This document shows positions 10,108 through 20,302 of a stretch of 64,000 nucleotides of DNA, in pieces. The notes under the pieces are model-generated. The model was given only the letters and a program-made list of their open reading frames with translations, ran no database searches and was not told the DNA's origin. The stretch spans positions 1,012,727 through 1,076,726 of the forward strand of contig JAHQJS010000004.1 of assembly GCA_019057385.1 (NCBI GenBank), read 5' to 3'. Made by a program: the position numbers and the translations under genes. Numbering within the stretch: position 1 is the stretch's first letter; each line of letters begins with the position of its first letter. The stretch comes from Candidatus Borrarchaeum weybense (GTDB lineage Archaea > Asgardarchaeota > Sifarchaeia > Borrarchaeales > Borrarchaeaceae).

Positions 10108-10160
10108 GCAATTGCATTTTTTTTAAGAATATATAACTCTTTCTCAAAAAGCGATAAGTT

Positions 10161-11465
10161 TCAAAGTTGATATTCAAAGCATCTGTAGTGGGCTGGTAGA
10201 TTCTCCATTTCTGACAAAATCTTCGCTATCGGACCATAATCTTCAACTGCAGAACTTGGTGCCTCAACTATTGGAACAAACTTACCGCAATCAAGTACAG
10301 ATAGACCAGTTCTCCATTTTGCGACCTTTCCAGTTGGAAGAATATGATTTGAGCCAGCACCACCATAATCTTCAAATGGTATTGGAGTATTGAGAAGAAT
10401 TGTTCCTGCATTTTTTATCAATTTACTAATAGGTGTTGGGTCACTAGAGAGAATAAGTAAGTGTTCAGGAGCATAATCATTGATAAATTCAACGGCTTGG
10501 CTTATCTTTTTGGTAACGATAATTGCACCATAACGTCCTAGACTTTCTTCTATATATCGCTTCCTGGGTGAATCTTTGATTAACTCTTCCACAAAAACTT
10601 TTACCTGTTCAGCTAAATCTCTACTCGTTGTAAGACAAATCGCTGCAGAATCGTTTCCGTGTTCAGATTGTGCAAAAAGTTCACAAGCAATCGCTTCTAG
10701 ATTTATAGTCTCATCTGTGGCAAATATTATAGCTTCGCTAGGACCTGCTAGCATATCTATTCCAACATCCCCACTTACTATGTATTTTGCTACTGTTGGG
10801 TAAAGTCCTCCTGGCCCTAAAATTTTTGACACGACTGGTACACTTTCAGTTCCATAAGCCATCGCTGCAATCGCTTGCGAGCCTCCCACCGAAAAAACTC
10901 TGACTTTGCATTGTGAAAGATTCTTAATAATTTGAATTGCTGCAAGAGTTCCATTGTCAATCAATCCAGAGAGTGTTGGCGGTGAGCATATAACAATTTC
11001 TTCAACACCTGCAACTATTGCTGGAACGGTTGCCATGAGGACAGTTGATGGGTATCTAGCTTTTCCACCCGGAACATAAATGCCTATTCTGTCTAGAGGA
11101 ATCCATCTATTAGTGATCTTTACCTCATTGCTTAATGACATCTCGAAGTGTCTTGGAAACCGCTCAAAGAATTTTGTGTTATATTCAAAAAGCAGCTTGA
11201 ATAATCTTTCTAACGCGTGTATCTGATTCTCAGGGGTTTTATTATATGCCTTAGTTATGTCAATTTCATTTATTTCAACGTTCTGAATTGTAACTCTGTC
11301 ATATTTTGCAGTTAATTCAATAAGAGCTTTGTCTCCAGATGTTTTTACAGAAGTAATTATTTCGTTAACTGTTTCTATTATTGAGCGTTCGAGTACTCTA
11401 GATCTTTCAGTTAGCTTCTGTCGATCTTCACTAGTTAGTTCGTCTAAATTATAAATTGCAATCAT
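10161..11465 (-). CDS. hisD: Histidinol dehydrogenase
   Basis: GIYVPGG, YPSTVLM, DMLAGPSE, AQSEH, YAPEHL, SNHILPT. Confidence 0.95.
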   Translation of the reverse strand: MIAIYNLDELTSEDRQKLTERSRVLERSIIETVNEIITSVKTSGDKALIELTAKYDRVTIQNVEINEIDITKAYNKTPENQIHALERLFKLLFEYNTKFFERFPRHFEMSLSNEVKITNRWIPLDRIGIYVPGGKARYPSTVLMATVPAIVAGVEEIVICSPPTLSGLIDNGTLAAIQIIKNLSQCKVRVFSVGGSQAIAAMAYGTESVPVVSKILGPGGLYPTVAKYIVSGDVGIDMLAGPSEAIIFATDETINLEAIACELFAQSEHGNDSAAICLTTSRDLAEQVKVFVEELIKDSPRKRYIEESLGRYGAIIVTKKISQAVEFINDYAPEHLLILSSDPTPISKLIKNAGTILLNTPIPFEDYGGAGSNHILPTGKVAKWRTGLSVLDCGKFVPIVEAPSSAVEDYGPIAKILSEMENLPAHYRCFEYQL

Positions 11466-11585
11466 TTTGTCTCTCTCGATCGAACTTAATTGAGGAAGAT
11501 TTTACTAGTAAGTTTAAAAGTTCTTTTAATTTTGCGGAGACTACTATCATAATGTTTATTAAAAAGTTACGTGTGGATTCTTTAG

Positions 11586-11903
11586 GTGATTGATATGGTT
11601 AGTGAAGTTATTCTATCCTTTGTAGGCACAGACTTCATTGAAGGAAATTCCTCAGATAGCCCAATAACATTGCTTATTGATGAGTCAAACAAAAAACTTG
11701 TTCTTCAAGTTTCCCCCCAGTCAGGCTTTGTTGAACGCAGAACAGCTGAAAGACAAGCTAGAGGTATAGCAAAAATCGGCTTTGCTCTAAAAAATGGCAA
11801 CCGTGTAGGACATGGATTTGACTTAGATGTGGCTGCTGAAGGTGGTGGCGTTCCCGAACGACTACATAAAGAAGTCTGGAACAATTATAGTCGAGGTATT
11901 TAA
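11586..11903 (+). CDS. Small protein, putative divergent single gelsolin-like domain
   Basis: Pattern ITLLIDESNKKLVL..SGFVERRTAERQARGI..EGGGVPERL resembles the gelsolin repeat core; recognised by eye only. Confidence 0.45.
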   Translation: MIDMVSEVILSFVGTDFIEGNSSDSPITLLIDESNKKLVLQVSPQSGFVERRTAERQARGIAKIGFALKNGNRVGHGFDLDVAAEGGGVPERLHKEVWNNYSRGI

Positions 11904-12194
11904 CGCCTATCTTTTTAGGTATTGTATAATCCGCGAATAAATTTTTTATACTATTTTCGCAAGACCCCAAGCAGAAGGGGGATGAAATGCGCAAATCTCA
12001 AATATTGAGTTTTATTAGAGCCAAGAATATGATTTCTCAGGTTCTCAGCAAATATGATTTTTTTTCTTTGCTGTTAAATAAATTAGTTTTTACAGGCTAA
12101 TTTTGCTCAACCTAATAAGCCCATAAACTGAAAAGATATGTTTAAAAAGCAATTTTTTTAATACAAAATCAACTGAATAATACGGTGATTTCTT

Positions 12195-12905
12195 TTGAGT
12201 AGTGAATGGACGATTGATGATCGATTTACATTTCAAACAAGAGTTATTTGCCATCATTGTGGTGAGATTTTAAGCTTCAACCAACCTGGGTATAATAAAC
12301 TCGATAAATTTCCTGCAACGTGTCCGAAGTGTGAAGGAAACTGGGGCATCGGGAATAAAGATTATCATTATAGTAAAAACTATTGGGCTTTGCGTGCAGA
12401 GCCTCTAAAAAGAAAGATCAAAGAGAAGACTAAAAAAGCTCGTAAGAAAGCTGTTGAACAAGAATTAGAGGAACTAGAAGATCTGGAAGATCTAGAAGCG
12501 GAACTAGAAGCACTAGGAGAGGAAGAGATAGAAGCAGAATTAGATGAGTTAGTAGAGGAAGAATTAGAAGAAGTTCCAGAAGAAAAACTTTCAGAGGCAG
12601 AAATAGCAGAAATATCGAAAGAGTTTATGCAATTAGATGGAATTGGCAAGAAAAGTGCTGAAAAAATAATTAGCTTGGGTGTAACCTCAATTGAAGAGTT
12701 AGCTACGCTTGAAGTAGATATGGTAGCGGAAACTGCAGATGTCTCCACTAAATCATTGAGAAAATGGATTAAGAATGCACAGAAGTACCTAGAGGAAGAA
12801 GCGGAAGAAGAGAAAGAAGAAGACGATGAAGAAGAAATTGACTTAACTGACCTGGAAGCAGAACTTGAAGCACTAGGAGCCGAAGAAGATTTAGAAGATG
12901 AATAA
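12195..12905 (+). CDS. Zn-ribbon plus helix-hairpin-helix protein with very acidic linkers
   Basis: CHHC...CPKC; LDGIGKKSAEKI HhH; DLEAELEALG occurs twice. Confidence 0.75.
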   Translation: MSSEWTIDDRFTFQTRVICHHCGEILSFNQPGYNKLDKFPATCPKCEGNWGIGNKDYHYSKNYWALRAEPLKRKIKEKTKKARKKAVEQELEELEDLEDLEAELEALGEEEIEAELDELVEEELEEVPEEKLSEAEIAEISKEFMQLDGIGKKSAEKIISLGVTSIEELATLEVDMVAETADVSTKSLRKWIKNAQKYLEEEAEEEKEEDDEEEIDLTDLEAELEALGAEEDLEDE

Positions 12906-12940
12906 GTGTACTTGAATTTAAGCGTGGGTGGTTAGTTTAG

Positions 12941-13324
12941 ATGGTTAAGAAAATTAAAATTTTCACTGAGGCCACAGGAGAAGTAATTGCAGAATTAAGT
13001 GACAAAAACCCGAAAACAGCTGAAGCAATTTGGAATGCACTCCCTTTTGAAGCTAGTGCAAATACCTGGGGTGACGAGATCTATTTTAGTATTCCCGTAG
13101 AAATAGGTGAGGAAAACGCTCAGGAAACAGTTGATATGGGTGATCTTGCTTATTGGCCTCCTGGCAATGCGATGTGTATTTTCTTTGGTCCAACGCCTAT
13201 GAGTCGAGGGAACGAAATAAGACCTGCAAGCGAAGTTAATGTTTTCGGAACTATACCAGTAGATCCAAAGGTTTTCAAAAAGGTTCGTGCGGGTAGTAAA
13301 ATCCGAGTAGAAAAAGCAGAATAA
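12941..13324 (+). CDS. Cyclophilin-like fold protein (TM1367/DUF369 family)
   Basis: PKTAEAIWNALP, WGDEIYF, GDLAYWPPGNAMCIFFGPTP. Confidence 0.9.
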   Translation: MVKKIKIFTEATGEVIAELSDKNPKTAEAIWNALPFEASANTWGDEIYFSIPVEIGEENAQETVDMGDLAYWPPGNAMCIFFGPTPMSRGNEIRPASEVNVFGTIPVDPKVFKKVRAGSKIRVEKAE

Positions 13325-13533
13325 ATCACTCCAGAAACTTTTGATGATGAACCCATATCTTTTCAATGAAATCTTCTCTTTTCAAAAAAGAATTAACCAG
13401 AGTTTATTTTTTTGCACTCATATTTTTTCAATAGAACACAAATCTTTTCAATATCATATTTTTGATACCATATCGGTTCAATATAAAATTTTATTGACTT
13501 ATATTCCAAACTTGCTTCTAAATTTTAATTTTT

Positions 13534-14028
13534 TCATTTGAAGAACGACGTTATTATAGTAACTATTACATACCAATTAAAAATAAATCCAATTATTCCA
13601 AAGACAATTCCGATGCCTAGAGAACCCACAAGCCAATAAATATATCTCCTAACAAAGAGAAATCTTATTATTCTGTAATACAATCGTTCACCGCATACCC
13701 TGTTAAATTCTAAGTAAACGCCATTTCGTACATTATTTAAGGTAGTATTCTCCTTTTCCTTACTCGTATTACAATGTATGACTATATCGCTTAATTTTCC
13801 ATAGTAAAGCAATCGTCCAATCAGAAATATGCTACCACATCCAAAACCTAAGAAAAGTGCCCACCATAAAATACTTAGTATTCCAAAAAATCTCAACTTG
13901 ATTTGAACAAGCCCAAGTTCTACTAGAAGAGTAGGTACTAATACCGCGGCATGAGAGATTGATTGTGATGAATATGTATTAAGAAGTGCTATTCGTGCAT
14001 TTTGTTCTAATTCTTCTATTGTCGCCAT
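13534..14028 (-). CDS. Hypothetical membrane protein (about 3 TM)
   Basis: Hydrophobic segments; GAGGAG SD upstream. Confidence 0.6.
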   Translation of the reverse strand: MATIEELEQNARIALLNTYSSQSISHAAVLVPTLLVELGLVQIKLRFFGILSILWWALFLGFGCGSIFLIGRLLYYGKLSDIVIHCNTSKEKENTTLNNVRNGVYLEFNRVCGERLYYRIIRFLFVRRYIYWLVGSLGIGIVFGIIGFIFNWYVIVTIITSFFK

Positions 14029-14296
14029 TTCTTAACTCCTCTCAGCTTATCATCCATTACTTTATTCTAAAGAATAAAGATATGTCCATTTATACTCAAA
14101 ATGAAAAGTTGGAAAAATAACTTTTTTGATACCGAACTAACTATATTTTTCATCAAGTATTCTCTCAATTTCTTCGTAAAATTGATTAATCCATTCATCT
14201 TTTCTTACGAAGGATGCTCAAACTTATTTTCGCTATCTTCTAACAACCGTCCCCCCAGTTGTGTCCTATTCTATTCACTCTTTTTTATTTCTTCAC

Positions 14297-14554
14297 TTAC
14301 TCATCACGTACCTTTTGGACTTTTACTGCAATGTCATTTTTTCTCCCATAATTATACTCTTCAATCCTATTCCAACGATACCTATCGTTTTTCTTGAGCC
14401 ATCTAAGCCATTCCATCAACGGTTTACTGCCCTTACTTTGATTACAGGCTCGACAAGCACGAACTATCCTTGACCCACCTTTACTTTTTGCTATTACATG
14501 ATCTTCTTGCGTTTCAATTGCACTACCACAATATCTACAGATTCCTCTGCCCAT
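14297..14554 (-). CDS. Stand-alone HNH endonuclease
   Basis: CRYC...DHVIAKSKGG...ACRACNQSKG; GGAGGTGA SD. Confidence 0.9.
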   Translation of the reverse strand: MGRGICRYCGSAIETQEDHVIAKSKGGSRIVRACRACNQSKGSKPLMEWLRWLKKNDRYRWNRIEEYNYGRKNDIAVKVQKVRDE

Positions 14555-14655
14555 TTTGTCACCTCCATATCTTCTTGTTTTATTCTATAAAGTCAATGAA
14601 ATTCTTTGCCATAATCTTGAGACTTGTATTAGTCACTTTTATTTAATTTTATCAA

Positions 14656-14951
14656 CTAATCAATGATTCTTATTTGCTCTCGCCTTTTTCTTTTTCTCAC
14701 TATCACAGTTATATATTGTCCCTTAACATTACGCCTTCTTTTTGTCCAATACTGTTGTATGGGGGCTCCACGACTCTCAAAGATAACATCCTTAATTATG
14801 TGACCTATTGGATCTTTTTCAGGATCACTTACATTCACATGTGGAAAATTGTCTCTAGATGTAAATGTGTTCTTGACCCATCTTTGTGGGGCTTAACTCA
14901 GCCCTTATCAAAGGGGAGTTTTGTTTTTCTATAATCCTTCTTTTTTACCAT
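14656..14951 (-). pseudogene. Degraded small hypothetical gene
   Basis: ATG at 14951 gives MVKKKDYRKTKLPFDKG*VKPHKDGSRTHLHL (TGA at 14898-14900), then a frameshift into HVNVSDPEKDPIGHIIKD. Confidence 0.4.
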
Positions 14952-15210
14952 TTCGTAACACTTGCAAAGGAATTATAATAAAAATGCATCCTGAAATCTA
15001 CGGAAACTTTGTTATCTTGTTCGTATATGTTGGTTCTTCGGTATGAAAGGTAAAGGTAATGTGGATAGTCTAGTCTGATACCTTACACGCTAGTATTTTA
15101 GTACGTTTAACGCTAATTGGTGGCCATCCAAATTGTACGATTAGTTCTGTCCGTGTAGTTTCAGTACAATTTGACCTTTTTTTCTTTGTCATATGTTCAC
15201 CATAATTAAC

Positions 15211-15230
15211 ATGTCAGAATATTTCGACAT
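15211..15230. promoter_or_regulatory. Imperfect palindrome just upstream of the TATA region of the wHTH gene
   Basis: ATGTCAGAATATTTCGACAT; a second inverted repeat AAATTGTAC/GTACAATTT at about 15130-15172. Confidence 0.35.
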
Positions 15231-15272
15231 ATCATTTATATCTAACATCTAATATATAAATATTAGGGAGAT

Positions 15273-16070
15273 GTGGAACAGATGATAAGTCCTTGCGTAA
15301 ACGAAGCGATACAAGCTGAAAAATTCATAGTGGATAAGGAATATACAATAAAAGAGTCACCTGAAACTAAAGATCTTAAAGTAGGACGCCTTCACGAACA
15401 TCGAATTTTAGGAATAATGCTATGGCTCTACACTGTAGATATCTTGAGAGTAACAACAAAGCAAATAGTAAACTATTACACAGATTTTTTCGAAAAATTC
15501 TCTCGCAGTTCAATTAGTACCTACCTAAACTCTCTTAATGCAGAAGGTGTGTTAAGAAAGGATAAAGAGGGACGTAATGTTTATTATTTTTTCGCTGAAT
15601 CTCCTCCTCAGCATATTTCTCCGATTTGGATTATCCGAAACTTCTGTCTCTATCCTGCCTATGCATGTCGCTCTTTTTTCCTTTATCAAAAATTTAAGGA
15701 CTTTGAAAAAAGAAATCTCTCAAAAGAAGCATTTTTCCTTGATAAGGCTATAAAATATCTCGATATGAGACGACTTGAATGTTGCAATCTCTGCTTGTTC
15801 GTAGAACGGGAGGAAGGAGAAGATGCTTTGAAAGAAATCAAAAAAGAATTGGAAAGAGAAACAGATCTATTACCCTCGGAATTGATTCAAGAAATAAGAA
15901 GTTTGGGTGAACTTAGCATATTTGATGGACGAAAATTAAAAGGGCATTGGAAAGAAATTGAATCAGGAATATCACAATTAGTAAAAAAATATAAAAACCA
16001 CATCGCCAAACAGATTGAAATTATCGAATTCAGAGCAGAGAAGGATCAAGAGATCTCGAACTCTCCGTAA
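15273..16070 (+). CDS. Winged-helix transcription regulator with Cys-containing C-terminal domain
   Basis: SRSSISTYLNSLNAEGVLRKDKEGRNVYY; NFCLYPAYAC and CCNLC. Confidence 0.7.
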   Translation: MEQMISPCVNEAIQAEKFIVDKEYTIKESPETKDLKVGRLHEHRILGIMLWLYTVDILRVTTKQIVNYYTDFFEKFSRSSISTYLNSLNAEGVLRKDKEGRNVYYFFAESPPQHISPIWIIRNFCLYPAYACRSFFLYQKFKDFEKRNLSKEAFFLDKAIKYLDMRRLECCNLCLFVEREEGEDALKEIKKELERETDLLPSELIQEIRSLGELSIFDGRKLKGHWKEIESGISQLVKKYKNHIAKQIEIIEFRAEKDQEISNSP

Positions 16071-16337
16071 TTAACTTTTATGTGAAATCTATACTTTTAA
16101 CCTAGAATGTGAGAACATTTATAAGCACTAAGTATTTTAAAAAAACGCTTAGCGATGTAACAAATTTAGTAATTCCAGAAACTGTAGAAGAAGACTTTTC
16201 AGCTCAGCTTATTGATGAGGTTGAAAAATAAATTATGGTTTCATCAAAAGATACATTCTCGTGAGAGGATAATGCTTCTTTTTTACTTTGAGTTCTTCTT
16301 TCTGTTTTTTATTTAATGAATTACTTTATTTAGCTAC

Positions 16338-17774
16338 TTAATCTAGCCAAATTCCTTTGTTATCTAACTTATTCCAATTGTTATCCTTATATTTGTACCA
16401 ATTCCAAGATTTTGTTCTTCTCTCTGTGGTTTGAACAATGTTGAGATCTGCTATAAGCATCATTTCATCCCTGGCTTGAAATATCTTGTATTTTATAGCA
16501 TCTTTTGGTCTTAACCCCTCATGTTTATACCTCTCTATGAGGTAAGGATGTTCACAACCTATTATAGCTGTTCCACCTCCACCTTTTGCAGGACCAAATT
16601 TAAATTTTGCAGTATTCACCTGTAATATGAATGTTGGGCTTCGTGAACCGTCAGGTCGATCAAGAGGTACATCAGCCCATCGTTGAAATGCGTGTTCTTT
16701 ATTTGGGTCACACCGGAGATTAATAATGAAATTTAAATCAAACTTACTTATTTGAGCATTTTCATAGTCAAAGTCAATGCATGTTAAAATGGAGATCTTG
16801 CCGCATTTGGTTTGGAATATAAAAAGTTTATTACCGCAGTTCAACCCTTCTCCATTTTCTTTCTCAAAGATAGAGGGATAACACTTTGCGTAATCGTAAT
16901 CATCTCCATCTATTATTATTTTGCAAAGATTACGATTATAATTATCATAAAAGCTACCACAGACAATTATCATGTCTTTATATAGATCCTTTATTTCCTT
17001 AGCCCATTCACTAGTGAAACTGAGTTCTGGAAAGCAGATAATATCTACCCTTTCATTTTTTGCAATCTCTAATGCTCTCAATACTTTATCTTTTACGTTA
17101 CCTTCTTCTTTTAGTCTGTATGGAAATCTTTCTGTCAAGGAATAGTCTAACTGGACAAGACATACCCTCACTAGATCTTTTTCAGTATCTGAGACTGAGA
17201 TTAGTTCAATCTCGTTCTCCCTTTCTATGGGTTTTATTTTAACTGAAAACGGCTTTGCTCTGATTTTTTTGGTTATTTCTTCGCTTAAAACACCGTCTAA
17301 AGACTCAATATTTGAGGTTCTTAGCAGTTGTAATAGAAACTCTTCGTCCTTTTCAGGAACTTTCATCTGTTTTCTATATTTATCCATCCTTTGGATAAAA
17401 ATCACCAGAGAGTCTAATGCCGTAGTAAATGTTTTAAGATTCCAATCGTCAAAGACGGCTTGTGCATCTCTTAATTCTTTCAAATCTACTTTTTTAAATC
17501 CTAAAGCCCTTGAAAGGGAAGTAAAGCATATTTTTTTGCTTATTAAGAGCTCATAGGCATCTTCTGGCAGTTCATCTTTAATAAAAGTTCGAATAAAATC
17601 TTCTATTTCAATGGAAATCTGCAGAGTGTTTTCTTTTAACTCAGTTAGACTTAGACTATCTAAACTCTTTAGGAACTTGTTGTCTAACTGATCCATTCTG
17701 GAAATTAATCTTGAGGCATTTTTAGCCCATGATTCATATTTATATGCTGTTTTTGCTTCATCGTTCATATCCAT
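16338..17774 (-). CDS. Carbon-nitrogen hydrolase (nitrilase-fold) protein with helical N-terminal region; frame continues upstream through TPRs
   Basis: VRVCLVQL, DIICFPELSF, YAKCYPS (Lys), ILTCIDF (Cys). Confidence 0.8.
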   Translation of the reverse strand: MDMNDEAKTAYKYESWAKNASRLISRMDQLDNKFLKSLDSLSLTELKENTLQISIEIEDFIRTFIKDELPEDAYELLISKKICFTSLSRALGFKKVDLKELRDAQAVFDDWNLKTFTTALDSLVIFIQRMDKYRKQMKVPEKDEEFLLQLLRTSNIESLDGVLSEEITKKIRAKPFSVKIKPIERENEIELISVSDTEKDLVRVCLVQLDYSLTERFPYRLKEEGNVKDKVLRALEIAKNERVDIICFPELSFTSEWAKEIKDLYKDMIIVCGSFYDNYNRNLCKIIIDGDDYDYAKCYPSIFEKENGEGLNCGNKLFIFQTKCGKISILTCIDFDYENAQISKFDLNFIINLRCDPNKEHAFQRWADVPLDRPDGSRSPTFILQVNTAKFKFGPAKGGGGTAIIGCEHPYLIERYKHEGLRPKDAIKYKIFQARDEMMLIADLNIVQTTERRTKSWNWYKYKDNNWNKLDNKGIWLD

Positions 17775-18172
17775 CTTGGCAAACGAATCTCCAGCATTTT
17801 TTAAAATCGTTTTCGCATCATCATAGTTTCGCAGGTTTAAAAATGCGATTCCTTTATTGCCATGTGCCTCAATATAATAAGGATTTAAGTCTAAAGCTTT
17901 GTCAAAGTCTTCTATTGCCTCTTTATACCTTTGAAGTCGTAGTAATGTCGCACCTTTATTATTCCATGAGAGATAATGGCTTGGATTAAGCTCTAGTGAT
18001 TTCTTATAACAATTTTCCGCTTTTTCATATTCTTCAAGCGCTAGAAATGCTACACCTTTGTTATTCCACGCGGCAATATCGTTTTCATTTAATCTTAAAG
18101 CCTCATTAAAATGCTTGACAGCTTGTTCTCATCGCCAGCTCGAACCATCCAGGCGTGATTTGGCTTAGTCAT
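17775..18172 (-). pseudogene. Disrupted 5' end: in-frame TPR repeats without a start codon, preceded by an out-of-frame 25-aa Mrr-like N-terminal fragment
   Basis: 18128-17775 reads AWNNKGVAF/SWNNKGATL/AHGNKGIAF in frame with the nitrilase and is bounded by TGA at 18129-18131; 18172-18095 reads MTKPNHAWMVRAGDENKL...*. Confidence 0.75.
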
Positions 18173-18639
18173 GTAATTCCCACTCTCCCACAAAACAAAC
18201 GGATGAACTCCAGTTTCTTATTAGAGTTATTTTCAAGAACTACTAAATAAATTATACGCCATGCTCATTATTGAATAATAATATGTCTGAGGGAAAATAG
18301 ATATAAAAGCCAAAGGTTGCAAATATCCACAATTTATCAAACACTTGAGTAGGTCTCTAAACTAGCGCGCGCTGAACTGTTCTTTTTTATTTTGAAAAGA
18401 GAGAGGTTCTATGTCTATCAATATTAAATCTATTTTTGGAAGATTATAAAAAGGGGTAGTTACACGAATTTTTCAATAAACAAAGCGCATTAAAGTGGTT
18501 TTATCTGAATTCTTTTAATAACTGATAAAATTAATTCACAATACTTATTCATGCCGCTTCACTACACAGATAAACTTGCTAATTTTACTCAACTTGTTCA
18601 ACAAGCTTGGAATTCGTCGAATAGATTTCCGATGTTTAT

Positions 18640-20247
18640 CTAATTGATGCTATAATCTATTCCTTTTTTCATTTCTTCTGGAATTTCTTTAACACAAAAC
18701 AATTTGATCATTCTTGCAGGACTATTCTTAATAGACCAATCATAAGGAGATGTAAGAAGAAATACATAATCTGATATATCTTGCAACCCACCTGCATAGT
18801 CATTTCCAGCAATAATGGAGAAAATTCTTCCCTTTTTTTCAGTTTTCCAATTCTGCCATTTTTGAATTAAGTTTTTGTCAGAGATTTCGGAAAGACCATC
18901 AGAAATAAAGAGAATATCTGCATATTCGAATTTTTTATCTTGAACTGAGTTTAGTCCCGAGGAAAGAGCCGTATTAAAATCTGTACCGCCACCAAAGGAG
19001 TAATTAAGAAAATCAAGGAATTCTCTAGCCATTCGTTCTTTATCGGTGAGTATTATCTCTGTAGTCTGGTTTTTTGAGGCAAATAAGATGATTTTAACAT
19101 CTCGTTTTTCTTTAAACATTTTTCTAACAACAGCAAGAATTATCGCCTTTGAGATATGTTCTGGTGACCCATGCATTGAACCAGACGTGTCAACAAGTGC
19201 TACAACAGGCCCTCGCTTAAGTATTTTGGGAGGCCCTCCAGTCCAATGCTTTCCACGTAATTGATAGGTAAGCAATCCTTTTTCAAGCCATTTTGCAAAA
19301 AAGACGTATTGTAAATAGTGATTTGATAACTTGATAAGCTCTATTGGTAAGAGTCTCGCAATGTCATTAGAAAGAGTAACACCAAAAAGTTCAGATGTAC
19401 TTCTAGGTGTTATTTCTAAAGTTTTTTCACCTTCTTCAAATTCTATTTTTCCTAATAGATCTATTATTCGTGTTAAATCGGCATTTTTTTCTAGTAACTC
19501 TGCATATTTTTCCAAGTTAGCAAAATAATGATGATATAAATCCATTATTGAAAAGTCCCATCTTCTGCCAGGGAAAAGCAATTGAAGGATTTTTAAGACC
19601 GTTTTATGTCTTCGCATCCATTCTAGAAGTTCTGCAAATTCATCTTTGTTCAATAAAAAATTAAAGAAATCTCCTTTTAGAGTATTATTCCTCAACGCTT
19701 CTGAGGAATCAAGAAATGCTTTAAGTAAATCTTCTTTTTGCTCGCGATCTTTAACATCATAGGAAATTTGTTCTATCGCTTTACCATTTAATTCTGTCAG
19801 AAGATCTTTGAAATCTTCAATTCTCCTATTCCATAATTGATACAAGAAGGTTAGTAGCTTTTGAAATTCTTCAATAATAGAATTAAACTCCACATTTTTT
19901 TCTGCTAATTCATCAGTTTCCTGTTTCTTTAAAAAACTAAAACGATTTAGAATGATAGGTAAAACCCTCTTCAACATTTCAGCAGAGACTACTTCGTTAG
20001 CACAGGTTTCTTTTTTTATCTCTTGCCATTCATTCCAGTTATGAAGTTCGTTAAGGATTAGATCAAAGTAGCCTAATCTTTCTCTAAATTTAGCCAAATC
20101 TTTTATTTCATATTTTGTGCCAGTATATAATTCATAAGCTAGGATTTCTGCAATTTCTTTTCTTTTTTTATATGGCATTATGTGTGGTTTGAAGATGATT
20201 TTTTTGATTTCATCAGTATTTTCAATGAGTTCGATCCATTTCTTCAA
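18640..20247 (-). CDS. vWA-domain protein (ViaA-like)
   Basis: GVTLSNDIARLLPIE, GPVVALVDTSGSM MIDAS, GGTDFNTAL, ISDG. Confidence 0.9.
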   Translation of the reverse strand: MKKWIELIENTDEIKKIIFKPHIMPYKKRKEIAEILAYELYTGTKYEIKDLAKFRERLGYFDLILNELHNWNEWQEIKKETCANEVVSAEMLKRVLPIILNRFSFLKKQETDELAEKNVEFNSIIEEFQKLLTFLYQLWNRRIEDFKDLLTELNGKAIEQISYDVKDREQKEDLLKAFLDSSEALRNNTLKGDFFNFLLNKDEFAELLEWMRRHKTVLKILQLLFPGRRWDFSIMDLYHHYFANLEKYAELLEKNADLTRIIDLLGKIEFEEGEKTLEITPRSTSELFGVTLSNDIARLLPIELIKLSNHYLQYVFFAKWLEKGLLTYQLRGKHWTGGPPKILKRGPVVALVDTSGSMHGSPEHISKAIILAVVRKMFKEKRDVKIILFASKNQTTEIILTDKERMAREFLDFLNYSFGGGTDFNTALSSGLNSVQDKKFEYADILFISDGLSEISDKNLIQKWQNWKTEKKGRIFSIIAGNDYAGGLQDISDYVFLLTSPYDWSIKNSPARMIKLFCVKEIPEEMKKGIDYSIN

Positions 20248-20302
20248 GTGAATTCCTCAAGAATCAAATTTATGAAAAAATGAGATGTTTGAAGGGTTCT
20301 TA

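Noticed and set aside
16150-16231. Short acidic frame TNLVIPETVEEDFSAQLIDEVEK*
   Set aside because: No start codon and too short to assign
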